Source of the DNA: Candidatus Bruticola sp.
Lineage (GTDB): Bacteria > Vulcanimicrobiota > Xenobia > Xenobiales > Xenobiaceae
Length of the DNA stretch: 64,000 bases
Direction of reading: 5' to 3'
Assembly: GCA_051874735.1 (NCBI GenBank)
Contig: JBJEGD010000026.1
Span: 166,815-230,814, forward strand
Shown here: in pieces, positions 17,715 to 27,213 of the stretch
Numbering within the stretch: position 1 is the stretch's first letter
Layout of the letters: the number at the start of each line of letters is the position of its first letter
The notes under the pieces: model-generated
What the model was told of the DNA's origin: nothing
The model's database searches: none
What the model saw: the letters and a program-made list of their open reading frames with translations, nothing else
Position numbers and translations under genes: made by a program

Positions 17715-20700
17715 ATGAACATAAACGTAGAACGTTCTTCCGACTTATTCCGCGCCAATTCCGTGGTGCAGAATAATGGCTCTGCCGAGTCTAAGCAGAT
17801 GACTGCAAGTACCTCTGCTCCGGCCGTTCCTGTGGACAGTTTCTCTTTAAACAGTACCGAGAGCAAAGAAGCTGTTGCTGGTCTTCCTAAGCTTAATGCT
17901 GCTCAGGTAAAAGCTGAAAGTACCGCGGTACAGCCTGAAAACACCGATAAAAAACAGGTTATATTCCAGTTCGACAGTCGTGGCTGCTCCCAGACTGAGC
18001 TCAGCAACATCGGGCTCAAAGGCTCCTTCAATAATGAGACTGGTCTTTACGATCAGCATTGGAATGGCGATAAAGTTATTCCTATGCACGACGACGGTCT
18101 CAACGGCGACGCCGTAGCTGGCGATGGAGTTTATACTGCTGCTGTCGATTTAAAAACCGGACAGAATCAACAGTTTAGTTGGGGCGTGGTTGGAGATATT
18201 ACTGGCAAAGACGGTAAAGTGCAGAACGCTCAGTGGTTAGTTATGAGCGAAACTAATCCTAATTTCAACTTGAACGATTCTCCGGTACAAACTTATGCGC
18301 CTATTCAGACTCATCTCTTTGGTGTGCACAAAGAGGGAGAAGATGGCGTCCGCTTCCAAACTTGGTCCCCTGAAGTTGGTAAAGGCGACTTAGGCAACTA
18401 CAAGCTCTACGTAGAAGTAAGTAATCCTCAGACTGGCGAGATCGAAGAGCGTCTGCCCATGGAGAAAAATGAGCAGAACGGAGTTTGGACTCTCACCCAG
18501 AACGATGGTTGGAGCAAACTTAAAGGTAAAACTTATCAGTATGCAGCCCTTAACGATAAAGGCGAGGTACTTAAGAATAAATGGGGCGGAGAAGTACGCT
18601 ATTCTGATCCGCATGCCCGTTATCTGCAGGGCGAGCAGCGTGGCTTAGAGAGAATCTTCGTCGATCCCGTAATGGGCTTCGAGGTCGGTTGGTATGATGA
18701 CAGCGGTAAAGGCGGTCCCAACTACGCCGATAATCCTCAGTGGGGACGTTTCACAGTCGATTCTCATCCTAACGCGGATAGCGTTCGCTTAGTGTTGCGC
18801 GATGAAAACGGTAAGCAGCTCAATAAGCAGGAACTGTTGGATCGTCTCGGCAAACCTGAGCGCATTCCTTACGATCAGGCCTCTCCGGAAGATAAGCATG
18901 ACGTCGATGTTTTGCGCAACTGGAAGCTCGATCAAACTGAGCCGATCGATAAATATTCCTGGATTAACAGCGTCAACGAAGATGGTTCTATCGATATGAA
19001 TCGCGTGGACAGCCCTGGAGCCGGCACTGCTTGGGTTACAGCTGTAAACAACTTCCCTAAACTGATCGGCATGCAATATGAATATCAGGTTGTAGAGGAT
19101 GGCAAGTTAGTAGGCGACGTCAACGGAGATGGCAAACTCAGTAGCCAGGAGCGTATAGCTACTCCTTTCAACGATCCTTATACTAACGTAATTCAGCCTA
19201 AGCCCGGCTCTGCCCGCAAGTCTCTGATTCGCGAGTCTAGCTTCGAGTTCCGTTATGACAACGTACCCAGACGCCAAACTAATCAGAACAACTTTGTAAT
19301 TTATGAAGCTCATGTCGGTTCATTCATGAGTTCTAAAGACAACGCTGTGCCGGCCACTTTTGAAGACATGATTAATAATCTCGATTATTTCGCTTCTTTA
19401 GGAGTAGATACTATCGAGTTAATGCCTACAAACGAGTTCGGCGCCAAACGCGACTGGGGTTATACTCCCGATTTCTATTACGCCGGTGCGGCTAGTTACG
19501 GTTTTGAAATGGATCGCCAAGAGGCCATCGATCGCAAGCTGATTACTGACGACGAACAGCCTGGAGCCAAGAGTGTCTGGATATCTGGTACAGATGCTAT
19601 GAAGCTCTTCGTCGATGAGAGCCATAAACGCGGTTTCAACGTCATGGCCGATGTAGTTTACAACCACACTTCTGGCAAGCCCGATGCCGATGATCCTCTG
19701 GGGCGTATCGATGGCGATAAGCGCTCTTTCTTCAACTGGTGGCAGAAAGGTGAGTCTTACACTCCTTGGGGAGCTAAGCCCAATTTTGCTAATCAAAACG
19801 TAAAAGATTTCTATTCCGACAACGCGGTTCAGCAAGTTGCCGAATTCGGCTTCGATGGTATCCGCTTCGACTTTACGCAGGTTCTCCATTCTACAGGTAA
19901 TTCTGCCGAGCAGATTGAAGGCATGAACACGTTGCGTCAGATTAACCGCTCTTTGCGTTTAATTAAGCCCGACGTTTACACTGTAGCTGAAGACTTTAGT
20001 GGCAGTTGGCTGGTTGCTGCTGATATGGATAAGTCTGAAACTCAGGGTTATGGTCCCGGCAGCTGGGAAAAGAAAGGCATGGGCTTCAGTGGCGTTTGGA
20101 ATGACCGTTTCCACGATGATCTGTTGGAAATGGCTCAGGGACGCGGAAGTGCTGATCGCTTGATGGAAGCAATTACCTGTCACGTCGGCGTTACCGACTG
20201 GAGCAGAGCGGTAACTTACGCTCACAGTCACGATGAAGTTGGTAATACTGGTAACTGGATGCACCGCGGCGCTGCAGCTTCCAAAGATGACGAAGCTGTC
20301 AAGCAGCCCTTCCCGCGTTCTATTGCCCGAACTGCCTCTGCTATAACTTTGACAGGTCCTGGTGTGCCTATGCTCTTCCAGGGTGAAGAGTTCTTAGCTA
20401 ATAATGACTTTAAACATGGTCTGACTTCTACCTGGGGCGCCGACATGGATTGGACTAAGTTCCCCGTCACTCCCGATAAGTTAGATAACTTTGCTAGAGT
20501 GGCTTCCATGGATATGTCCTCTCGTGAAGTCGAACGTTCTCGTATGAGTGCCGATGAGCAGAAGCTCTTCGATCGTTATTGTGAGATGAGTCCTGAGGAG
20601 AAGAATAAAGCTGAAGATATGGCCAACCAGGTCGGTCAGTTTATTCTCACTCGCGACTTAGTCGCTTTGCGCCGCACTTCTCCGGCTCTTAATGCGACCG

Positions 20701-20978
20701 GTAATATCAGCCGTGTTTACACCCATAACGACGACAGAGTTTTGGCTTGGAAACGTGACGACGGTGGCTCCGATGAGTTCGTGGTTATTTCCAACTTCGC
20801 CAATACTGATCGTCCTGGCTACCGTATGGAGCTTCCTCCCGGTCAGTGGAAAGAAGTCTTCAATACTAACGCCCGCTGTTATGGCGGCAGCGGTACCGGT
20901 AACGGTGGCAACTCTGTAACTTCTTACGGTGGCGTATTCCTGCCTGCTGGCGGTACCATCGTTTTGAAGAAGCAGTAG
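17715..20978 (+). CDS. Large GH13 alpha-amylase-family glycoside hydrolase (branching enzyme/TreZ-like core)
   Basis: IYEAHVGSF, IELMPTNEF, WGYTP, DVVYNH, catalytic GFDGIRFD / VAED / HSHDEV, PMLFQGEE, GlgB-like C-terminus WKEVFNTNARCYGGSG. Start set at ATG 17715 (GAGGA RBS) rather than TTG 17475. Confidence 0.88.
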   Translation: MNINVERSSDLFRANSVVQNNGSAESKQMTASTSAPAVPVDSFSLNSTESKEAVAGLPKLNAAQVKAESTAVQPENTDKKQVIFQFDSRGCSQTELSNIGLKGSFNNETGLYDQHWNGDKVIPMHDDGLNGDAVAGDGVYTAAVDLKTGQNQQFSWGVVGDITGKDGKVQNAQWLVMSETNPNFNLNDSPVQTYAPIQTHLFGVHKEGEDGVRFQTWSPEVGKGDLGNYKLYVEVSNPQTGEIEERLPMEKNEQNGVWTLTQNDGWSKLKGKTYQYAALNDKGEVLKNKWGGEVRYSDPHARYLQGEQRGLERIFVDPVMGFEVGWYDDSGKGGPNYADNPQWGRFTVDSHPNADSVRLVLRDENGKQLNKQELLDRLGKPERIPYDQASPEDKHDVDVLRNWKLDQTEPIDKYSWINSVNEDGSIDMNRVDSPGAGTAWVTAVNNFPKLIGMQYEYQVVEDGKLVGDVNGDGKLSSQERIATPFNDPYTNVIQPKPGSARKSLIRESSFEFRYDNVPRRQTNQNNFVIYEAHVGSFMSSKDNAVPATFEDMINNLDYFASLGVDTIELMPTNEFGAKRDWGYTPDFYYAGAASYGFEMDRQEAIDRKLITDDEQPGAKSVWISGTDAMKLFVDESHKRGFNVMADVVYNHTSGKPDADDPLGRIDGDKRSFFNWWQKGESYTPWGAKPNFANQNVKDFYSDNAVQQVAEFGFDGIRFDFTQVLHSTGNSAEQIEGMNTLRQINRSLRLIKPDVYTVAEDFSGSWLVAADMDKSETQGYGPGSWEKKGMGFSGVWNDRFHDDLLEMAQGRGSADRLMEAITCHVGVTDWSRAVTYAHSHDEVGNTGNWMHRGAAASKDDEAVKQPFPRSIARTASAITLTGPGVPMLFQGEEFLANNDFKHGLTSTWGADMDWTKFPVTPDKLDNFARVASMDMSSREVERSRMSADEQKLFDRYCEMSPEEKNKAEDMANQVGQFILTRDLVALRRTSPALNATGNISRVYTHNDDRVLAWKRDDGGSDEFVVISNFANTDRPGYRMELPPGQWKEVFNTNARCYGGSGTGNGGNSVTSYGGVFLPAGGTIVLKKQ

Positions 20979-20997
20979 CTTTAGACAAATATAAATG

Positions 20998-21054
20998 AAA
21001 ACTGCTCCTTGCAGGTCTGGCTTTCAGTTGGCAGTCAGCAAGGAGCAGTTTTTT
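20998..21054 (+). terminator. Rho-independent terminator after GH13 gene
   Basis: AAACTGCTCCTTGC ... GCAAGGAGCAGTTT followed by T-tract. Confidence 0.85.
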
Positions 21055-21104
21055 GTTTGTAGTTTAAGCTCTGGTTATGAACTTTACTGAATTTATTGAC
21101 AAAG

Positions 21105-21731
21105 TCAGACTCTGACAAAGGGGTTATGGGTTTTTTCGTATCCTACACTGCTTTGGGAGCCATGCCCGGGGTAAAGTATAGTGCTATCAGGCAGAGCGTA
21201 AATCTTATTCTTGATAGAACTTATTAATTGGCTGTAATTGCCTCCGAAGAAGTCGGTGCGTCCGATAGAGGTGTGAAAAATAGTATCGCCGCAGAAAGCA
21301 TGATTTTCGCAGACGATTGTTATGCCGCCTGGAGTATGGCCAGGAGTGTGGATGATTCTAAATTCCAACTTGCCGACCCTAAATATTTGCCCATCTTCAA
21401 GCGTTCCAGAAATTTTGGGAATTTCCTGACATTTCAGCCCCAGCATTACCGCGTCGCTTTGGCATCTATTTAAAGAGCCAGTATCTTGGCTGTGAATATA
21501 CAACGGCAGCTGCAGATCTTTCTCTAGTTGAGAAGCACCAATGAGGTGATCGCAATGGCCGTGAGTTAGCAATATGGCTTTAATATTTAGATGATGATTC
21601 GTGATAATCTGCTCTAGTTCGGCAGCATTATCTCCTGGATCGATAATAACTCCAGTATTATCGCTGTCATAGACTAGATAACAGTTGGTAGCGAAGCCTC
21701 CTACCTCTCTGGTAATAATGTTTACTGACAT
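21105..21731 (-). CDS. MBL-fold metallo-hydrolase (glyoxalase II/YcbL-like)
   Basis: THGHCDH, HTPGHTPG, GDTIF, GRTDF, YPGHG. Confidence 0.93.
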   Translation of the reverse strand: MSVNIITREVGGFATNCYLVYDSDNTGVIIDPGDNAAELEQIITNHHLNIKAILLTHGHCDHLIGASQLEKDLQLPLYIHSQDTGSLNRCQSDAVMLGLKCQEIPKISGTLEDGQIFRVGKLEFRIIHTPGHTPGGITIVCENHAFCGDTIFHTSIGRTDFFGGNYSQLISSIKNKIYALPDSTILYPGHGSQSSVGYEKTHNPFVRV

Positions 21732-21750
21732 ATCTGGGGGCTCCTTAGAC

Positions 21751-23133
21751 TCAATTAAAGTTTAACTTGGGGAAAGGTACAGCCTCTTCAAAACGCTGAG
21801 CTACAGCCAGCAAGAGACGGTCGCTGCCTCGAGGTCCGATAATTTGCAGACCGATAGGCAAGCCTTCTGAACTTAAACCTGCAGGAATAGTTATAGCTGG
21901 CTGTCCTGTTAAGTTAAAAGGATAGGTGAATGGAGTCCAGCCGAATAAAGTAGAAATCTTTCTGCCGTTAATATTATCAGGGCGTTCTAAGTCGGCGGAG
22001 AAAGCGGTTAGGGGCATAGTGGGAGTAATAAGTAGATCAAAGCGCTCAAAGAATTGATCCATTGTATAGTAAAGTTTAGTGCGTTTGATAGAGTCTTGGC
22101 TGTAAATATAAGCTGGTAATTTAGTGCCTTCTTCTATAATATCAACCATCTCCGGGGTAAGCAGCTCTTTCATTTCTGCAGTTAAGGGAGCATAGCGGGA
22201 AGCGTATACTGTGTTCCAAATGTTGAGCTCCAAGGGCTCCGGATCTTCCTCTATGGGCGGATTTTCTTCCCTGACTATATAACCTAAGTCTGCAAGTTTA
22301 TCTACAGCCAGTTTGACTTTTTCAGCTACCTCATTTTCCACTGGTGCATAATTTAAATTAGGGCTGTAAGCTATATGGAGCTTGTCGTAAGCCGATTTGG
22401 GCCAATCGATCGGGTTCATGCTTAGATTGTCATGAGAGCTGGATCCGGCTAAAACTTCAAATAGAAGAGCTGCCTCATCAACATGGCGGGCTATAGGGCC
22501 AGTGTGACTTAAAGTATAATAAAGGTCTGGAATAGGATAGCGTGGAACCATAGCAAAGCTAGGCTTAAAGCCGACTACTCCGCAAAATGAGGCCGGAATT
22601 CGGATAGAACCTGCTCCGTCAGTTCCCTCAGCTAAAGGTACCAAACCTGCAGCTACGGCACTAGCTGAACCGCCGCTGGAGCCCCCGGCGTGGCGTTCAG
22701 TATTCCACGGATTAAAGGTTGTGCCGAAAAGTCTGTTGTTAGTTATGCCTTTATAACCGAATTCTGGGGTGTTGGTTTTTCCTAAAATAACAGCTCCAGC
22801 TTGGCGTATGCGAGTTACCGATATAGAGTCAAAATCGGGGATATTATCTTTTAAAGTTAGTGAACCGCAAGTAGTGCGCATCCCCTTGGTATAAGATAAA
22901 TCTTTGATCGCTATAGGTACGCCGCGCAACGGGCCGCTGATTGCTGAATTTTCAGCTTGGCGGGCTTGCTCTAAAGCTCCCTCTGGATCGAGGGTAATAA
23001 AAGCGTTGATTTTGGGATTAAGTTTATCTATGCGCTCAAGGTAAGCCTGAGTGACTTCAACGGGTGATAATTTCTTCTCTCTAATTAGTTTTGCCAGTTC
23101 AGTGGCTCTTAAATCGCAAATATCCATAGGCAC
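21751..23133 (-). CDS. Amidase-signature family amidase
   Basis: IAIKD, GKTNTPEFG, GGSSGGSAS, GTDGAGSIRIPASFCG (Ser-cisSer-Lys triad). Confidence 0.93.
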   Translation of the reverse strand: MPMDICDLRATELAKLIREKKLSPVEVTQAYLERIDKLNPKINAFITLDPEGALEQARQAENSAISGPLRGVPIAIKDLSYTKGMRTTCGSLTLKDNIPDFDSISVTRIRQAGAVILGKTNTPEFGYKGITNNRLFGTTFNPWNTERHAGGSSGGSASAVAAGLVPLAEGTDGAGSIRIPASFCGVVGFKPSFAMVPRYPIPDLYYTLSHTGPIARHVDEAALLFEVLAGSSSHDNLSMNPIDWPKSAYDKLHIAYSPNLNYAPVENEVAEKVKLAVDKLADLGYIVREENPPIEEDPEPLELNIWNTVYASRYAPLTAEMKELLTPEMVDIIEEGTKLPAYIYSQDSIKRTKLYYTMDQFFERFDLLITPTMPLTAFSADLERPDNINGRKISTLFGWTPFTYPFNLTGQPAITIPAGLSSEGLPIGLQIIGPRGSDRLLLAVAQRFEEAVPFPKLNFN

Positions 23134-23202
23134 ATATTTGCCTTATCTGATCGCCTCTTCCTGCCTGCACTTTAATCATAAAATTTAACTGTTCGCTTGA
23201 AT

Positions 23203-23835
23203 TTATGCTTCTAGCTTATGTAGACAGGAGCAAATTGGACAATGCTGTGGATTGTGTTTGATTGCTTTGCAGTAGCGACGGCCGCACTCTATAAATTGAA
23301 GGTGACGGCGTCCCCATTCATCAGGGGGGAAAAGCTGCTTAAGATCGTACTCCACCTGGCTGGGAGTAGTACCTTGAGATAATCCCCAGCGTTTGGATAA
23401 GCGCAAAATGTGTGTATCTACAGGAAAGGCTGCCTGGTTGAAGGCTTGCACCATAACTACGGAAGCTGTTTTGTGACCTACTCCTGATAGACTTTCCAGA
23501 TCGGCGAAGTTAGCAGGTACCTCTCCGTTAAATTTATCTAAAAGCTGGCGGCACATACTTTTTAGGTACTTACTTTTGTTTTTGGCCAAACCTAATCCGC
23601 AGATGTGTTCAAAAATTTGTTCTTGGCTCAGCTTATCCATCTTTTCTGGTGTGTCAGCACAGGTAAAAAGGTTAGCTGTAGCCTTATTCACACGTTCATC
23701 AGTGCATTGGGCTGAAAGCATAACGGCAGTTAAAAGTGTAAAAGGACTGTAAAAATTGAGGCTAGGTTTAGGATTGGGAAAAAGCTGATCTAGCTGTCTC
23801 CCTATGACAGCTGTACGCTGAATTATAGAAAGCAT
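23203..23835 (-). CDS. nth: Endonuclease III
   Basis: LSAQCTDERVN, HhH motif LSGVGHKTA, FPVDTH, C-terminal Cys cluster CKAIKHNPQHCPICSC. Confidence 0.92.
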   Translation of the reverse strand: MLSIIQRTAVIGRQLDQLFPNPKPSLNFYSPFTLLTAVMLSAQCTDERVNKATANLFTCADTPEKMDKLSQEQIFEHICGLGLAKNKSKYLKSMCRQLLDKFNGEVPANFADLESLSGVGHKTASVVMVQAFNQAAFPVDTHILRLSKRWGLSQGTTPSQVEYDLKQLFPPDEWGRRHLQFIECGRRYCKAIKHNPQHCPICSCLHKLEA

Positions 23836-23852
23836 ATCAATAACGATTTTCT

Positions 23853-24893
23853 TTATTTTATATCAATAATTTTTATATCTTGATTAGATGTAGCAGTTGA
23901 GGAATCTTGTTCCGGTTGATCGTCGGAAATAAACTCTGCATCAATAATTTTTCCCTGAGGAAAAGCAGAAGGCCGACGTGTTTGAGGGGTTACATTAATT
24001 ATGTATTCCGGAGAGCTGCCGCCCTGATTTTGATAAGAAGGTGGCGCGTAATTTTGCGTATTTAAGTTGGTATAATTACCTATATTAATCGTTCCCATAT
24101 TAAAAATATGGCTCATAATATTACCCATATTGCCTAAGCCTAAACTCAATAAATCTCCTAATCCGGCTGTACCTTCACGAACGCGGCGCATCCGCTCTAT
24201 CATAATGGCCTGATCTAATTCTTTACTACCGCTCCACCAAATAAATAAAGCTATTACAGCCAGCATATGATTGTAAGCTAAGCCGTAAATGCCCATAACT
24301 ACAGCGCAGAGGCGTCCAATACTGACAGCTTTATAAGTCGAAGTTAAAAAATCGTATTTGCGTGCGAACAAACCGCGCAGCACTCGCCCGCCGTCCATGG
24401 GAAAAGCGGGAATTAAATTAAAGAGCATAAGAGCTAAGTTGCTCCACATGAACCAGTAAAGAAACTTCAAGATCAGAACTTGAGCAATAGGTATCAAGAG
24501 AGGGAACAAGTACGGAATAAAAATGTAGTTTGTAAAACAAAAAGTTACAGCCGTCAGGAATAAATTTACAGCAGGACCAGCTAAGGCCAGCAGAATCTCC
24601 TGACGAGGAGTTTGAGTTTGGCCCTGTATAGTGGCTACCCCTCCAAAAGGCCAAAGCGTAATATCCCGAGTGGGAATACCGAAGCGTCTGGCAGTTAAAG
24701 CATGGCCGTATTCATGCAGAGTAACAGCCATGAAGGTAATCAAAGTAAGACCTAAGCTTAATAAACTGTAAGTCCAATTATTTTGAGCACCGTGTGTCAA
24801 AAATATCCAAAGAAGCAATATTATGAAGGTGTAATGTACATAAATGTCTATGCCCCATAATTTTGCCAGTTTAAACGACCAACGCATAAGCAA
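23853..24893 (-). CDS. Site-2 protease (peptidase M50)
   Basis: HEYGH, LAGPAVN, NLIPAFPMDGGR; several TM helices; disordered C-tail instead of CBS domains. Confidence 0.92.
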   Translation of the reverse strand: MLMRWSFKLAKLWGIDIYVHYTFIILLLWIFLTHGAQNNWTYSLLSLGLTLITFMAVTLHEYGHALTARRFGIPTRDITLWPFGGVATIQGQTQTPRQEILLALAGPAVNLFLTAVTFCFTNYIFIPYLFPLLIPIAQVLILKFLYWFMWSNLALMLFNLIPAFPMDGGRVLRGLFARKYDFLTSTYKAVSIGRLCAVVMGIYGLAYNHMLAVIALFIWWSGSKELDQAIMIERMRRVREGTAGLGDLLSLGLGNMGNIMSHIFNMGTINIGNYTNLNTQNYAPPSYQNQGGSSPEYIINVTPQTRRPSAFPQGKIIDAEFISDDQPEQDSSTATSNQDIKIIDIK

Positions 24894-25110
24894 GTGTTAT
24901 CCTATCTTCGGCTTGTCCGCACAATTTTTGTCAGGCTGAGGCTACTGCGGCTGCATTAATTGTAGCACATAAGTATTAGCAGTAAATCTGTGTAGTATTG
25001 GAATTAGAAAATAAAAAAGGCCCGCTTGAGGTGCAATCATAATTAATAGGTTTGATAGCGAATAGCGGGCACTTATTTTCTATATAATGCTGATATAATC
25101 TTTATTTAGA

Positions 25111-27018
25111 CTAATATAAGCTGTCTAGTTCCGCTTGTAGTTCACTGAGCTCCAGAGCTGCAGCTGAAGCTTGCTCTAAGCCATTATATAAATAGGCAAT
25201 TTCTGCTTCTTGGGTAAAGTTTCGGCAAATTTCTAAGCCTTCAATATATGAGCTCATACTGACTTCAAAACGCTCGGCCACAGAAGGATCTAATTGTGAC
25301 CTTTCCAAAGCTGGGCGCACTCGGTTTATGTATAAATTGCGGTAAGAGTAAGCACTGCTGAGCAGCTGACCTACTTGATCGTCTACTTCTTGAGTGTAGG
25401 CTTCTCCACTTTCCACAGATCGCACCAGCTGTTCTAGTTTTAAAATGTTGCCTGGCAGAGGAGAATTGAAACTGTCGTCGCTCAATCCTGTTTCCAAATC
25501 GGTATATTCCACCGGAGGCGTCTGGACTAGCTGCATAAGCACAGCTGAACACTTTGAACAGTAGCGAGCTGAAGCCGGATTTAGCTGTCCGCAGCGCATA
25601 CAAGTCTGCTTTTTCGCCGATTCTTCTCCCAAACCTAAATTTTTTCTCATTTGGCTGTATATGCGTTTGAATGAGGGCAAAGCTGAAGCAATGCGCCGCC
25701 ATCCAGTTTTAAGCAGTTCTTTGTCTCCGCTCTCGCACCAAGAATCTAGTTCTTGACATCCTTTCATTTGACAATCAAGACAGTGAGAAAGTAAATCGAG
25801 ATCCTCAGCACTGAGTTTGCCAATAGCTCCGCTTAAATTATCCTGAGCTTCGGCAATTTTTTCTGCTGTTTCTTGCAAAATTATACGGAAGGCTTCTGGT
25901 TCTATTTTGCCGTCGATAGCCAGGCCAACGGTGACAAGAAGCTCTTCAAAGTTAGGAGCTCCGGCTGTTAAACGACATTCTATATTCAAATGGGCCAAAT
26001 CGTTTCTGATCAAGCAGTCTAAATTAAAAATAAGCTTGTCAAATTCTTCTAAATTTAATTCATTAAGCCCCTTTTTTTGACCTTCGTTGACTAGATGCAC
26101 AATACGGGATATTCCCGCTTTAAGGGTTTCGCGGTGGACTCCGCATAAAGTACCTAAGGGATGGTTTAGCAGAGTCTGAACTTGGGTTAACTCCAATTTT
26201 AGGGCGTGTTGTACCGCTTGCCATAGATAATTGAGTTCTTCACTGGATAGGTTAGCTTCTCTGGCTCTGTACAATTCTTCAGCTAAAGGATGGTGAGCAT
26301 ACTTCTTTTCAGCAGCTGCCCACTGTCCCATATCTGCCATAATTGTATACATAGTGATAGAGGTAGAGGTTAAAAGCCGAATGGCATCGTTCAGTACGTT
26401 GGTCTCTTGGCTATGCAGATAACGGTCTACAGCTCCCATGCCACTTTCTAAATTTTTTATTACCTTTTGAGCACAGTCTGAAAGAGAAGATTGACCGTAA
26501 AATAAAGTGAAGCGTTTTATAGCATGATGGAGGCGGAGGGTAAAATCGGCAGCAGGAGCAAAAAAAACGGCTAAGATAGATGAATTTATATGGCCTTTAA
26601 GTATATTGTGAGCAGCTTTAAGCAGACGATCGTAAACTGGATAAGGGGAGATCACTGATTGATTGCCGGTTTCTTCGTTGAGCGAATCCCATAAGACAGA
26701 CACTTCTTCGGCACTGTATTTTAAATCGCGTCCAGCCTTTTCCAGGGCAAATCCATCATTATCACCTATAGCATGTTCCAGATCTTGTAGAGCAGCTTCG
26801 TGGGCATCCAGTTCGGAGCGCAGTTTATCAGCAAGTTTTTTTATATTGTCAGTCCAAATTACGTCCCACATAAAGCGCTCTAAACTAGTGTGTTCAAAGG
26901 CCACAACTTGTCTAGCTTTTAAAAAAAGATCATTTAAAGCACTGGGATCAGCTTTACCATCAGATATCTTTTCACAAACTTTGATTATTTGCTGTAAGGA
27001 GGCGGGAATTTCAGGCAA
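25111..27018 (-). CDS. Helical hypothetical protein with zinc-ribbon domain
   Basis: 635-aa ORF; CMRCGQLNPASARYCSKC zinc ribbon; recurring amphipathic helical units; GGAG RBS before TTG. Confidence 0.7.
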   Translation of the reverse strand: MPEIPASLQQIIKVCEKISDGKADPSALNDLFLKARQVVAFEHTSLERFMWDVIWTDNIKKLADKLRSELDAHEAALQDLEHAIGDNDGFALEKAGRDLKYSAEEVSVLWDSLNEETGNQSVISPYPVYDRLLKAAHNILKGHINSSILAVFFAPAADFTLRLHHAIKRFTLFYGQSSLSDCAQKVIKNLESGMGAVDRYLHSQETNVLNDAIRLLTSTSITMYTIMADMGQWAAAEKKYAHHPLAEELYRAREANLSSEELNYLWQAVQHALKLELTQVQTLLNHPLGTLCGVHRETLKAGISRIVHLVNEGQKKGLNELNLEEFDKLIFNLDCLIRNDLAHLNIECRLTAGAPNFEELLVTVGLAIDGKIEPEAFRIILQETAEKIAEAQDNLSGAIGKLSAEDLDLLSHCLDCQMKGCQELDSWCESGDKELLKTGWRRIASALPSFKRIYSQMRKNLGLGEESAKKQTCMRCGQLNPASARYCSKCSAVLMQLVQTPPVEYTDLETGLSDDSFNSPLPGNILKLEQLVRSVESGEAYTQEVDDQVGQLLSSAYSYRNLYINRVRPALERSQLDPSVAERFEVSMSSYIEGLEICRNFTQEAEIAYLYNGLEQASAAALELSELQAELDSLY

Positions 27019-27144
27019 TTTTTATCTCCGTATTTCAATCTGCAGCCCAAAAAAGCTCAGGCAAATCTTCAGGCCTAAACATTAACTTCCCGGAAACTTC
27101 GTTAATGGCCCTGGTTCTACCTTTGAGGCTGTTATTTCTTTTAA

Positions 27145-27192
27145 CAAACAAAAAAAGAAGACTTCCTGAGGAAGCCCTCTTTTTTTGTTTGT
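27145..27192 (-). terminator. Terminator after TPR gene
   Basis: ACAAACAAAAAAAGAAGACTTCC-TGA-GGAAGCCCTCTTTTTTTGTTTGT imperfect hairpin with A/T tracts on both sides. Confidence 0.65.
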
Positions 27193-27213
27193 AGTTAGTC
27201 CTTGATAATAGTA

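Noticed and set aside
21751-23133. Annotation as gatA
   Set aside because: No gatB/gatC adjacent; GKTNTPEFG and TDGAGS fit general amidases rather than GatA (GKTNMDEF, SDTGGS).
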